Positions 30,471-41,345 of a stretch of DNA of 64,000 nucleotides are shown here, piece after piece. The notes beneath the pieces were generated by a model. It was not told where the DNA came from. It did not search any database and saw only the letters and a list, made by a program, of their open reading frames with translations. Source of the stretch: Mayamaea pseudoterrestris (lineage: Eukaryota); assembly GCA_027923505.1 (NCBI GenBank), contig BROI01000006.1:434001-498000 (forward strand). The letters are read 5' to 3'. Each line of letters begins with the position of its first letter. Positions within the stretch are counted from its first letter, which is position 1. The translations under genes were made by a program, and so were the position numbers.

Positions 30471-31826
30471 ATGACGCCGTCTCCATCACCATCACCACAA
30501 CCAATCATTCACATGACGACGGTTTCCGCTCCCACCAACATTGCCTGCATCAAGTACTGGGGCAAGCACAACGTGAAACTCAACACGCCGCTCAACGACA
30601 GCGTTTCAATCACGCTGCACCAGGACGATTTGAAGGCAATAACAACCGTGGCGGCGTCGAAGTCATTCACTCGTCACTGTTTGTGGTTGAATGGCGTGGA
30701 GGTGGATGTTTCAAATCGCGTGACGGCGTGCATCAACGGCGTTCAGCAACTAGCTTGCGACGGTGCCAAGGGTTACACCAAGGATGAATGGAAAAACATG
30801 CACTTTCACGTGAGCAGCTACAACACCTTTCCAACGGCGGCTGGACTGGCGAGCAGTGCGGCCGGATATGCGGCGTTGGTGTATGGATTGGCGCAACTCA
30901 TGGAGGCGTCCGAGCAGTTTCCCAATCAGCTATCGTGCATTGCGCGGCAGGGATCGGGCAGCGCCTGCCGCAGCATGTATGGGGGATTCGTGGCCTGGCG
31001 CAAGGGAGAGAGTGGAGATTGTGATGACGATGGTGAAACTGCGAACGATGCTAATGTTATGAATACTAAGTTACACAACTCCAGCAAGGCGGAGCAAATT
31101 TGCGACGAGTCTCACTGGCCCGAGATGCGCGCCATTCTCTTGGTTGTATCCGATGTCAAAAAGACCACGAGCAGCACGTCCGGCATGAACACGAGCGTCG
31201 CAACGTCCGAGCTGCTGCTGCATCGCGCGCAAGAAATCGTGCCGCGGCGCATGACGGAAATCATTCAAGCGTGGCGTTCCAAGGATTTTAGCACCTTTGC
31301 CACGTTGACCATGAAGGACTCGAACCAGTTTCACGCCGTGTGCCTCGACACCTTTCCGCCCATTTGCTACATGAACGATACGTCCAGAAACATAATCACG
31401 ATTGCCACGGCCTACAATGACTACTACCAAAGCGCTGCTGCAACTGACAACAATACGAGTGGTTTGCGCGTCGCCTACACGTTTGACGCTGGACCAAACG
31501 CCGTCTTGTACTGTCTCGAGCAGCACGTTGATAAAATACAGGCACTCATGAAGCATTACTTTTGCGCGAAAAATGGCGAGGGTGAGAATGCGGAAGCAGC
31601 AGCAAGTAGTCCACCACTCTCGTCTGCCTTGCTGCAAGCTTGCGACGTTGCCTTGTACGGCAATGAAGTGCCGCATGGTGTCGCCGCCAACCTTGGCGCG
31701 GTGCAACGTATGTACTTGACGCGCGTTGGACCCGGCCCTCGCGTCGTGCACGACGTTTGCAACCTGGATCCAGTGACGGGTTTGAACGTTTACCAACCAA
31801 CAAAAGATGAAGATGTTGCGTCGTAG
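30471..31826 (+). CDS. MVD: Diphosphomevalonate decarboxylase
   Basis: APTNIACIKYWGK, PLNDSVSITL, NTFPTAAGLASSAAG, IARQGSGSACRSMYGGFVAW, KDSNQFHAVCLDTFPPI, AYTFDAGPNAV. Start at 30471 or 30513. Confidence 0.95.
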   Translation: MTPSPSPSPQPIIHMTTVSAPTNIACIKYWGKHNVKLNTPLNDSVSITLHQDDLKAITTVAASKSFTRHCLWLNGVEVDVSNRVTACINGVQQLACDGAKGYTKDEWKNMHFHVSSYNTFPTAAGLASSAAGYAALVYGLAQLMEASEQFPNQLSCIARQGSGSACRSMYGGFVAWRKGESGDCDDDGETANDANVMNTKLHNSSKAEQICDESHWPEMRAILLVVSDVKKTTSSTSGMNTSVATSELLLHRAQEIVPRRMTEIIQAWRSKDFSTFATLTMKDSNQFHAVCLDTFPPICYMNDTSRNIITIATAYNDYYQSAAATDNNTSGLRVAYTFDAGPNAVLYCLEQHVDKIQALMKHYFCAKNGEGENAEAAASSPPLSSALLQACDVALYGNEVPHGVAANLGAVQRMYLTRVGPGPRVVHDVCNLDPVTGLNVYQPTKDEDVAS

Positions 31827-32404
31827 TAATAGGCGCGTGGAGCAGGCGCTACCGTTTTTTGATGAGTATAGTCTTTGGCAGAGGCTCTCAGGTGCGGGGT
31901 TTCGTCAGCAGATGCGCAGAAGCGTAATTCTCTGGTGAACTAATAATGGATTGCCTGACTACTACCGTAGCAGTAGCGGCTCAACTTGAGATCACTAACG
32001 AGTTAATGCTACTAGCAAAGTAGAGTAACAATAGATGCAAGACCTCACATGATTTGCCGCAGAAAATTGTCGAGGGCAGTGCTAATAAAAACATATGCCT
32101 TGTTGTATTCATTCTGAACATGACTATCGGGCAATTGATGGAAAGAGCAACTCCGCCTAGGGCATATGTATCCAATCGTTGGGGCATAAGACGGAACGAA
32201 CTCCACCCAAGAACGACTCCTTCCGCGAAGCCCCGCGCGTGGCGCAAGACGTGCATGTCACACTCTACTACTTCATCTCCTTCCTTCCTTCATCAATGTA
32301 TTACTATCCTATATGCTACTACTGCGACATAGCGTAGTCTTCTTGACTAAAGCTTCAGTTAACAATTGACGGCGAGAAACGTGGTGCTTCAGTAGCTATC
32401 AAAA

Positions 32405-34903
32405 ATGGAGCAGCAGCAGCATCACCAGCAGCGAGTCCCAACGTCGCCCTTGCATCGGTCGCTCCTTGATGTCGTAGACGACGACGAGCAAGAAAGTAAC
32501 GAGGAGGACCATCAAGTAAGCGAGCGAGTACAGCAAATTGGCATGGCAGGGGAGCATGGCGTCGCAACTGACGATGACGAACACTGCGACGACGACGACG
32601 ACGACGACGACGACTCATCTTCCTGCTGCGACAATCAACACCAACACGACGCAGCACCAAGCGCCTACAGTGAGCACGACGCCACGCGAGCGCTCGCCGC
32701 GTCCGTCATGCGCCAAGTGTCGGCCGTGGAGGCAAGCAAGTCGCGCGTCCATAAAGCGAAACTCTCACTGGCGCGAGGACAGCAGCAAGCACGTCATGAA
32801 AAGGCGAGTCATGCGGACGCGGCGTCAAACACTAAAGCGACGATTCAACAATCAGCAGTGCTACCAGTGGATCAGGAGTCGCCGCTGCTTGTGCTGCACG
32901 AAACATTGGCGGATGACCTTTCCTCCAGTGACGATGACGACGGCGCATCGAATCAGGTAACAAGTCTAAAGGAGCAAGTGAAGCTACTGCGCCAAACCTT
33001 GCACTCGGTGCACGAATCGCTCATTGACGTGGAGGAGAATGCAGCGCTCAAGCATGCCAAGCTGGAGCTGCAATTGGAGTACAGTAAAAAGGCGCTGGCC
33101 GACAGCAAGGCGTATAACGCTCACTTGATGAGACGCAACCAAAGCTTGCAAAGCTTCTTGTTGAACAATAATGCGGCTGTCAACGATCAAGTTAGTGTTG
33201 CGGCAGCAAATGTGGAAACTGGAGCTAGCCAGCAGCAGGAAGACAATTCTAATCTCAGCGACACGACTCTCAACAGCAACTTGTCGTCGCCAAGCATTAA
33301 CAGTAGTCATAGCAGCAGTCACGTCCATAATATCACCAACCAATCAACCACCATGTCTCGTCAGGAGCGTTTATTGAAACGCGAAATGCATACGGAGCGA
33401 CACTTGATGACGTTGCTGCAGGAGCGCAAGCAATTGTCGGACGCCAACTTTGAGCTGCAAAAGCGCGTCTTGTATTGGCAGCACTTGACCAAGCAGTGCG
33501 ACGGTTGTCGGGAACGCATGGCGCGATGGAAGGAACGACGCGTGCAAGAGAAACTGCAGCAGCAAGAGAGCGAGACTGGATTGGTCACGTCTGCGTCGAT
33601 GGATTTGGAACAAGTTAACGAGGAACTGACTGAAGTGAATGGTGATGAAGAGGATGATGTCAAGCCTATACTCAACGTTAGTCCTATCACTCCTCCAACG
33701 ACCAATAAGACTGTCAAGCCTGGAATGCTAAGGACGAGTGTGCAGCCTGCATCCACTGGCGCAGAAGCAGCAGTGAGGAAACCATTGATGCTTTCATCGC
33801 CTCCGCCATTCTCAAAAACAAAACCGGCGTTAAGAAACAGCCCAAGCCATACCTTGGCAACAATGTCAAATGCTAAAGAGAGCCTGGAAGCCACCGGGGC
33901 TCTAGCACCGCCTCGTCTCGCCGCAGCGTCACCGCCATCTCTCAATAACAAACGTACTTCTGCATCTCCTCCACGGCCGCAGCCTCGGACATTAACGCCG
34001 CCCGATAAGCCGCTTCGTGGTATTTTGAAGACAAACAGCAGCAACAGTGGAGCGACGGGCGACTCAAAGAGTCAATTGAGCTTGATGCGCAATCAGAACA
34101 GTATCTACATTACTGATCTGCAGAACAGCACTCGAAACGTGTTAAATACCAGCAGCAGCAACAGCAGTCACATTGCGCCTGCTCCTGCAGCCGTCCTTTC
34201 TAGCACGAGCTCCATGTTTTCCAACTCGGACGAGTCGCTTTCCGCGTCGCGGCTGGATGTTTCGTCCGTGCCACAACCGCAGCAGCATTTAAAAGTATTG
34301 GAGCTTGGTACACTGGCGGAACTTTCTTCAGCCAGGAGTCAGTTGCGACAAGACAACGGCGAAATGTCCTCGGCTTTTCACGAAAGCCAGAAGACACTAG
34401 ATTCAACGTTACCGTCGGATGGAAGTTTGGTCTCGCTGCAAGATAGTTCTCGATTGGTGCTGCTGGATTCAAGCAAATTGACGGCCAGCATGACGACGAC
34501 AAATACCAACAGCAATAGCAGTGGACAGCTTCCTTTTGAAAACTATGCAAGCAGCCAGGGGGGTGGCAGTGCAATGCACACCCATCTGCCAGCATTATCG
34601 GTCAGCAGTGCCAGTGAAAGTGCTAGTCAGTTATCACGAGTGAGCACCACTTTACGACCTGGAGAATGCCATAGCAAGCCCGCAATGTTTGAAGCGCCAG
34701 CAACTCCTGTACCAAAGCGACCTCTAAAGACTTCGTTAAAGCACAGACTCAGCTGGCCGAAAAAGCTATTGCATCGATCAAATTCTGCCGATAGTGGTAA
34801 CGGTAAAGATAGGAGCGAGAACAGTAATGAGACGGCCACATATCGAAGCACCGCGATGGCGACGCTACGAGACAGAGATCAGGGAAAGTTTGGGCATTCC
34901 TGA
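32405..34903 (+). CDS. Coiled-coil, Ser/Pro-rich hypothetical protein
   Basis: 832-aa ORF: acidic N-terminus, two coiled-coil segments, disordered tail. Confidence 0.75.
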   Translation: MEQQQHHQQRVPTSPLHRSLLDVVDDDEQESNEEDHQVSERVQQIGMAGEHGVATDDDEHCDDDDDDDDDSSSCCDNQHQHDAAPSAYSEHDATRALAASVMRQVSAVEASKSRVHKAKLSLARGQQQARHEKASHADAASNTKATIQQSAVLPVDQESPLLVLHETLADDLSSSDDDDGASNQVTSLKEQVKLLRQTLHSVHESLIDVEENAALKHAKLELQLEYSKKALADSKAYNAHLMRRNQSLQSFLLNNNAAVNDQVSVAAANVETGASQQQEDNSNLSDTTLNSNLSSPSINSSHSSSHVHNITNQSTTMSRQERLLKREMHTERHLMTLLQERKQLSDANFELQKRVLYWQHLTKQCDGCRERMARWKERRVQEKLQQQESETGLVTSASMDLEQVNEELTEVNGDEEDDVKPILNVSPITPPTTNKTVKPGMLRTSVQPASTGAEAAVRKPLMLSSPPPFSKTKPALRNSPSHTLATMSNAKESLEATGALAPPRLAAASPPSLNNKRTSASPPRPQPRTLTPPDKPLRGILKTNSSNSGATGDSKSQLSLMRNQNSIYITDLQNSTRNVLNTSSSNSSHIAPAPAAVLSSTSSMFSNSDESLSASRLDVSSVPQPQQHLKVLELGTLAELSSARSQLRQDNGEMSSAFHESQKTLDSTLPSDGSLVSLQDSSRLVLLDSSKLTASMTTTNTNSNSSGQLPFENYASSQGGGSAMHTHLPALSVSSASESASQLSRVSTTLRPGECHSKPAMFEAPATPVPKRPLKTSLKHRLSWPKKLLHRSNSADSGNGKDRSENSNETATYRSTAMATLRDRDQGKFGHS

Positions 34904-35040
34904 ATGTCAATGTCTTTGTTGGAGACGAGTGATGATGACTGTTGCATAACTATGAGCATTCAAAGTACCGTTCCTTCATATGTGCCTACGTAAATGTAGT
35001 AAAAAATGTATCTGTTTAAAACGACATGTAACAACTATCT

Positions 35041-38000
35041 TTAGCTTGCACTGGCGTGCACATTTGGATGTCGTTCCTGCAAACTCGATCTCCGGCGAAT
35101 GCCCTGCGCCTTGCGATCCTTCTCATGAGCAGCAGCTGCTAGAACTCTCCATTTACAAGCTTGCATGGGTGTACGTTGCATTGGCGATAGTCCAAGAGAT
35201 CCGTGCGCCAAACGATGTTGTTTCTGTTCGGTGGGCCGTACAGGAGCATCATCACGGAACGCAAGACCTTGCTTGGTCGCTTCGGAATCATTCGTCGGAA
35301 GTGAAATTTCGCCGCTTGACGCAAACGACAGTCGTTTTCGAGACATGATGCTGGCAATGCTCTCAGTGGCTCGGCTACTTGCGGTCGACGCTGATGAACC
35401 AACTGAGTGCTTGCAATTATTGACTCGGCGAGTCAATTGTGACGCAAAACTGTTCAATAAGGCACCCGAAGCAGCATAAGTGTGGCTCTCATTCCGTACA
35501 GTTGAGACAGTGGAAGCACCAGTTGTGTGTTCATTGTTTAATAGCTCAGCAAAAGCGTCTTCATCATCGTCATTTTCCTCCTGATTTTCGTGGCTCGAAA
35601 CACTCGCACGGTAAAAATTCGACCCAGCCGCAATGTCAAAGCCAGTCGACGCCGCATTGCTGTCTGAGTCTTCGTCAAACGTTTTTGAGAGTGTGATGCA
35701 TGCAAAGGGGTCAGCACTACCTTCACTGCCGCTTGGAGAGCACTTATCAGTGTAAACGCCGGCGACATTCTGGTTGCGCTGCTCGTTGACGACAGTGGCC
35801 GCAACCGTGCTTTCTTCAGTCGAAACGTTACTGCCGGTAGGCGAGTCGACAACTTTGCCGTTGATCAACATTGGGGAGTTGTGAAAAGTCTGGTTGGGCG
35901 GCGACGGAGTTGATTCGTCGCGACTTAATTGCGCTCCTGTCAAAAATAGTTGCGTTGCGCTAAGCTGCCGAATCTTAGATGAAACGTCAAGTTGGCTGCT
36001 CGGTGGTGTAGGTGTCTGGTTTCGAGAGCGCGCTTGTTCCACCATCAAAGCAGCAACTCTGGCGCTTACAAGTCCTCCAACAATGACTTGTTTTGTCGGG
36101 CTCTGTCGCTTTACAGGAGAAGGTTTTCGCGTTGCGGCGGCAACCGAAAACTTGGAACGCGCTTCCTTGAATCGCAGCATTGGCGAACTTGTTACATGGC
36201 CAGTGGATACCCCCTTTCGCATAGGCGTGACACCAACGCCGAGATCTTTGCCGTCGGAAGTTTGGTATGACCAGCGCATTGCAGGCTGAACCATGACTCT
36301 CGCATCCTCATCATCTCTGCTATCAAACTTTTCATAGGATGATTCCGAGCGTTCCTCGGCGTCCAACGCTTTATCAGCCTGATCAATGGATGTTTCTTCT
36401 GGAATAGCATCAATTTCTGGAGGGTCAGAGACTCGAACATGCATAAAGTCGCCGTGATCAGTCAGATCTGAAACTCGACTTTCGATTCCTGGATGAACCG
36501 CAATGGAATGAATATCAACCGCTGATGCTGCGCGGAAAGGAGACTTCATTCCAATGACTTCCGAAAAACGGACCCGGCGATCAGTCGACTCGCGAGTCGT
36601 TTCACTACTCTTTGATGTCCTGTTTGATGGGATAGTGTATGCATGATTGTCGAGCGAGCCAGATCCCGGAAGGCGCTTGAGTGAAGCAATTGTGGATATG
36701 TTAAAGTCATTTGAGCTGCGCGGAGCTGGAGTCTTTGCAGCGTTTTCAGCATCCGAAAAAAGAAAGGAAGCATTAGATGTTGCTTGATGCGACACAACAG
36801 GTGGAGGAGAGTGACTGTTGGTTGTTTGCTGAGTATCAAGGCTGCAAAGAGACATGACAGGACTTGCAACGACGAGAGCTGTCACAGCATGTTCCTTTTT
36901 ATTGCTCTGGTACGCCGAGCTGATACGACTGGCCTTCGGTGGTAGCATGGAGCGAACGTCTGATTCCGAAAGCATGGTTTCTTGTTCAATCGTCGTTGAT
37001 CGCATCTTATCAAGGGATGCTCTGACGCTAACACCATTGGCTGATTCGGCAGCGCAGATAGCATACGTTTGCTGTAACATGAACGCAGTCGTAAGGCCGG
37101 AACCGGTAGTTGGACCAATTGTTTTGGGCGCCGCATCAATGATTGGATCGCAAGGAATTGCCAATTGTTGTTCGCTGTCTGATAATTCCGACGAGCGACA
37201 GCCAGCTGTATTCGCAGGCGGTTGCACAGTTTTTGCAGTAAATGATGAGACTGATTTGCGATTCTGAACAACAAGACGCCGAGACTTGGATGCACCAGGA
37301 ACTGGCTTGCTGCTTGGGATCGGTTCTGACTTTCGCGAAACACGGTTGGTAAAGGTCATGGAAATGCGCTTGTTACGCTGCAGGCGAGGAAGAGCAGATT
37401 GAATGGAAAAACGCATTTTGGACTTGGATGAGCCATTATTGTCTTGCCAGCCGGCCAGCTTGAGAAGAGCAGGAAGCTTGTCTACTTTTTTCTTCTCTTT
37501 CTTTGGCTTAGTCTCTTCCTTGAACAATGAAGCAGTCACTGCGGATGGCTTCCATCCTGCCAATAGTAGTAATGCAGGAATTTCTTGCTTTGTGGTACGT
37601 TGTGCATTGGAAGGGTTGCTGGGAGGCACTGATGACGATCGTCGGTTGTTAGCGCGCGGCCGATTTTGAGTCATAGTTCCTTGGCTGGTTCTTTTGCTGG
37701 ACGTCATTGGTAAAGAGTTGGATCGGACAAGCTTTCGTTCAAACAGTTCGCGCTTTTCTTGTACGCGCGAAACGTGCTCCAAGTTTGAAAAATCTTTTGC
37801 TCGGTGGATCATCTTTCCTTGAGGATTGCTGATGCGATCAAGATCTTGCTGATACCGATTCTGAATCTCTTGTACTCTTCCACGGCGCGAGTTGCGGGAT
37901 GCGTCCGAGTCGATTGTTTGACGCTTGGCAATCTGTTGATCAATCTGTTGTTGAACATTTGATTCGATGGACAAGCGAAATTCGTCGGCAGCTGATAATC

Positions 38001-39171
38001 GGCGTGTCTCCAAAGGTTCCAATGCGTTTTCAGTAACTGCAGCAGCATCATCAGTCACAGTAGCCGGCTTGACAAACGTTTCCGAGTCCTGAGACACTCG
38101 GCCGCGTTGGTCTGCAGTCGTTGTAGTGGTTTCATCGGTTGCCGCGGATTCGAGCGATTGCTTCTTTCGTGCGGCTTGTCGCAGTCGTTTCGCTTCCAAC
38201 CAGGCATTCTTGTTCATCTTGTGTATGTCAAGGACATGAGCTAGCCACTTATCGTGGCGTTTCTTCATGTCAAGCAATTCATGTATATTGTAATTTCCAA
38301 TATTGCTGTCGTCAAAAAGCTGCGCCACTGGCGACGGAGGTGCATAGGAGTATTCGCGAATCAACGTATGCTGCTGCTGCGGACTATCCTGCGCCGAACC
38401 ATTCACCTGATTGCTGCTTGAAAGACTTTTAAAGTAGTTGTCTTCGGAATGCAGGTAGGGATTGTCAATTGTCATGACGTGACATGCAAGTGTCGGATCA
38501 AATTGCACAATATTTGCGTAATGATGTTCTTCGTCTTCTTGCGTATCGTCCGTCTCTTTGGTTGTACTGCTTCGGCGAGCGCGAGGCTGTCGGATCTCCG
38601 ACAATGGTTCCATGGGCTGCATGACATCAATGGAAGGCGGAATCGAGTCAAGCTTTTCGTGCGTGCGCTGCTTGGTGACCTGCAAACAGCCTTGAAGGAC
38701 TTGCTTTGCTCGGGTCAGGGACAGCGTCTTTTGGTTGCGTGAAGCATCATGATTTCCATGTGCATTTTCATCTTCTTCTCGAATTGTTGCAGGATTCAAA
38801 AGATGCTGCTTGCTCGCTGCGGTTGATGCAAAGTAGAATCGATCCGGCGGAGGCAACGATGTGCGCTGATTCGTCACCAGTCGCCCCGTTCCGTTTCGCG
38901 TCGCCATGACCTTGCTGGTCCGACGACGCTCTCGAACTGGCGTCTGCTGCGCCCGCTTGTTCCCATGGTTAGCCTTTCTGAGACGATCGAGGTTTGAGGG
39001 GTTGCTGAGATCGGAAGCTGGAGAAATGATTTCAAATCGCTCATGATTCTTCCAAAGCGGAGGTGCAGGCGGTGGAGGAGACAAATTCTTGGCGTGACGA
39101 TCACGATGATTAGGTCGTCGAGTAGACGACGCCACCATGATTGGTTGGCTCTTGCTCGCAGCGTTCCCCAT
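35041..39171 (-). CDS. Large Ser/Arg-rich disordered hypothetical protein, possibly N-myristoylated
   Basis: About 1376-aa ORF. First ATG at 39171 gives MGNAASK. Confidence 0.8.
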   Translation of the reverse strand: MGNAASKSQPIMVASSTRRPNHRDRHAKNLSPPPPAPPLWKNHERFEIISPASDLSNPSNLDRLRKANHGNKRAQQTPVRERRRTSKVMATRNGTGRLVTNQRTSLPPPDRFYFASTAASKQHLLNPATIREEDENAHGNHDASRNQKTLSLTRAKQVLQGCLQVTKQRTHEKLDSIPPSIDVMQPMEPLSEIRQPRARRSSTTKETDDTQEDEEHHYANIVQFDPTLACHVMTIDNPYLHSEDNYFKSLSSSNQVNGSAQDSPQQQHTLIREYSYAPPSPVAQLFDDSNIGNYNIHELLDMKKRHDKWLAHVLDIHKMNKNAWLEAKRLRQAARKKQSLESAATDETTTTTADQRGRVSQDSETFVKPATVTDDAAAVTENALEPLETRRLSAADEFRLSIESNVQQQIDQQIAKRQTIDSDASRNSRRGRVQEIQNRYQQDLDRISNPQGKMIHRAKDFSNLEHVSRVQEKRELFERKLVRSNSLPMTSSKRTSQGTMTQNRPRANNRRSSSVPPSNPSNAQRTTKQEIPALLLLAGWKPSAVTASLFKEETKPKKEKKKVDKLPALLKLAGWQDNNGSSKSKMRFSIQSALPRLQRNKRISMTFTNRVSRKSEPIPSSKPVPGASKSRRLVVQNRKSVSSFTAKTVQPPANTAGCRSSELSDSEQQLAIPCDPIIDAAPKTIGPTTGSGLTTAFMLQQTYAICAAESANGVSVRASLDKMRSTTIEQETMLSESDVRSMLPPKASRISSAYQSNKKEHAVTALVVASPVMSLCSLDTQQTTNSHSPPPVVSHQATSNASFLFSDAENAAKTPAPRSSNDFNISTIASLKRLPGSGSLDNHAYTIPSNRTSKSSETTRESTDRRVRFSEVIGMKSPFRAASAVDIHSIAVHPGIESRVSDLTDHGDFMHVRVSDPPEIDAIPEETSIDQADKALDAEERSESSYEKFDSRDDEDARVMVQPAMRWSYQTSDGKDLGVGVTPMRKGVSTGHVTSSPMLRFKEARSKFSVAAATRKPSPVKRQSPTKQVIVGGLVSARVAALMVEQARSRNQTPTPPSSQLDVSSKIRQLSATQLFLTGAQLSRDESTPSPPNQTFHNSPMLINGKVVDSPTGSNVSTEESTVAATVVNEQRNQNVAGVYTDKCSPSGSEGSADPFACITLSKTFDEDSDSNAASTGFDIAAGSNFYRASVSSHENQEENDDDEDAFAELLNNEHTTGASTVSTVRNESHTYAASGALLNSFASQLTRRVNNCKHSVGSSASTASSRATESIASIMSRKRLSFASSGEISLPTNDSEATKQGLAFRDDAPVRPTEQKQHRLAHGSLGLSPMQRTPMQACKWRVLAAAAHEKDRKAQGIRRRSSLQERHPNVHASAS

Positions 39172-39642
39172 GGTAGATGGAAATGCTTTTGGGAGAAAGC
39201 AATGCAGTGCGATGCGATTTGCAATCGGCAGCAACGGCCGGACGTAAAGGTATCTAAACACGTTTCTGATTTAGACACACGACATTTTTCATCTCAAACA
39301 AGGTTTTCATTACCGCTGCGTCATGAATTGGAAAATGACCCTCAACAATGACCAGGCACCTTACTCTGGTCCAGATAGTACTCATGTGACCACTCGAGCC
39401 ATCGTGCTTTCGATGACGACCCACCATGGAAGCAGCCAGGCGCCCTCACTTTCCATCCGCACCTCCTTGATTGCTTCAATTGGAACCTGAAGATCGTTGG
39501 TCACTAAGAAGGAGCGTCTCTTGCAATCTCCAGAGTGCGCTACGAGCTTTAGTTTTTTTATACCAAACACGTTAGACTTTCGTTCGACCACACTACAACA
39601 TCGCTTCTGTGAAAAATTAGCAGCTACGAAAGACCCGACAAC

Positions 39643-41010
39643 ATGGCTGAATTTGGATTCGACAGCGACCCGTTTGCTAACATGGACAAGCAAAAAAGCC
39701 CTCACAAGAGTTCAAAATCGTCATCGAGTCGGAGCAAGGAAGGATCATCTTCATCTCGCAAGCCGACCACACCGAGCAGCAGTAGCAGCAGCAGAGATCG
39801 TGACGGCAAGGACAAGGATCGGGACAAGGAACGCAAGCATCGATCCTCCAAGGATCGTGATCGAGAGCGAGATCGGTCCAGTGATCGCGACAAACATCAT
39901 ACAAAGAGTCTCTCGTCTTCGGAAGGCCCTCACGCTTCTGCCTTTGAACCTTCCTTTGATGCCTTTCACCAGAATGACGCCAACAACTTTGGATATGAAA
40001 CGCACGAACCCGATTCGGCGGCGGCAGCTCCATCCCCTCCTCCGCCGGAGAGCCGCATGCGACGCATGCGTCGAGCATCCGTGACTGCCGGAACGACGGG
40101 AAGCAGTATCGTCTCGGGCGATGCGGCGCAGACCCACGCACCGGAAATTGCCGATGCTCCAGCCGGTCGCATTCGCCGCACCAGACGTGCCTCGCTGGTT
40201 GGTGGCGGAGATGCGAGCGCCGCTGCAGCAGCTGCCGCTGCCGCCAATAATTCTGCCTCGAGTCGTCGCATTCTTCAAAGCACGCGCAGCAGTGATGGTT
40301 TGGAAGACATGCGTCACAACGCGCGCAGCGGTCTGCCGGAAGGACATAACGTGGCTCCGCCCAAGCGACGGGGTCGTCGCGCCAGTCTTGTGGGAGGAAG
40401 TGGCGGAATGAGCGTCAGAAATATTGCCGGCGAAGTGGATACAGATGATGACTATGGTTACGGCGATGCGGCTTCCAACGGCGAGTATGGATATGGCGAA
40501 GACGCCGCCTCGGCGGCGGCTGATCAAGTCTTTCTGGAGGAACGCACGGACCGCCAGCGCAAGTTGCTGGACAAGTTTCGCAACATGGATGTCCACGCCG
40601 ACGACGATGCGAGTGTCATGAGTCCGCGTAAGGAATCGTCAAACGTTACAGTGAGTGCGGTCAGGACCGACCTGATGTTGCAGAGTACACAGCAAGCGCA
40701 GCCACGTGCAAGGCGGCGGGCAAGTTTGGTTGGGGTCCTCAGTGGAGTTGTCGGCGGCGGCGCATCGGCCATGCCCGAGCCCATGAAGGATGAACCGGAG
40801 AAGAAGGCTGGTGCGCGTGATCGCAGATCAATGCGGAGCAAGAGCGCGTCGGGGGATCTCATGGTAAATTACGACCCGACACGAGAGCGGACCAGGGGCG
40901 CTGGACTATTGGATCGGGTTGGAGCGGCTCGGACGAGCGGCGAGCGAACGACAAGTGGAGGAGCTGGTTCTGGCACCAACTATAGTGACCGCATTATGCA
41001 AGGGCGTTAA
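39643..41010 (+). CDS. Low-complexity protein with repeated RRAS(L/V) and YGYG motifs
   Basis: 455-aa ORF with RRASV, RRASLVGG twice, RRASLVG, DYGYGD and EYGYGE, and an RD/RE-rich N-terminus. Confidence 0.75.
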   Translation: MAEFGFDSDPFANMDKQKSPHKSSKSSSSRSKEGSSSSRKPTTPSSSSSSRDRDGKDKDRDKERKHRSSKDRDRERDRSSDRDKHHTKSLSSSEGPHASAFEPSFDAFHQNDANNFGYETHEPDSAAAAPSPPPPESRMRRMRRASVTAGTTGSSIVSGDAAQTHAPEIADAPAGRIRRTRRASLVGGGDASAAAAAAAAANNSASSRRILQSTRSSDGLEDMRHNARSGLPEGHNVAPPKRRGRRASLVGGSGGMSVRNIAGEVDTDDDYGYGDAASNGEYGYGEDAASAAADQVFLEERTDRQRKLLDKFRNMDVHADDDASVMSPRKESSNVTVSAVRTDLMLQSTQQAQPRARRRASLVGVLSGVVGGGASAMPEPMKDEPEKKAGARDRRSMRSKSASGDLMVNYDPTRERTRGAGLLDRVGAARTSGERTTSGGAGSGTNYSDRIMQGR

Positions 41011-41345
41011 TGACGAAGTAATGGAGGAAATTGATACTTTGCTTATTTTAGAAAGAAGTATATCCGATATGTTTGACGACCAAATAAACTAAAGTTGTAT
41101 CCTAGAAATCGCGTGCGTTTTCGTGCTTATCTACAATATTGATCACTCACCCAACACTTTGGCGCGCTATACGGTACGAGTGCCAAATAGTTGGTCAACG
41201 GAATTGGTAGGTATGTCCGATGATATTATAGTTGAAACTGGACGGACAGCGTTGTGTGAATGCTGCTGCTGGCAATGGCGGAGGGAGTATGTAACTCTTT
41301 GCTCTACTATATTATTTCACACCGTGTATGGTCGTGAAGTGTCAC

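Noticed and set aside
39677..40862. Long antisense ORFs here and opposite other genes (e.g. 3180-3944, 31071-31796, 60723-61577)
   Set aside because: Shadow ORFs produced by codon bias of the real genes on the other strand.
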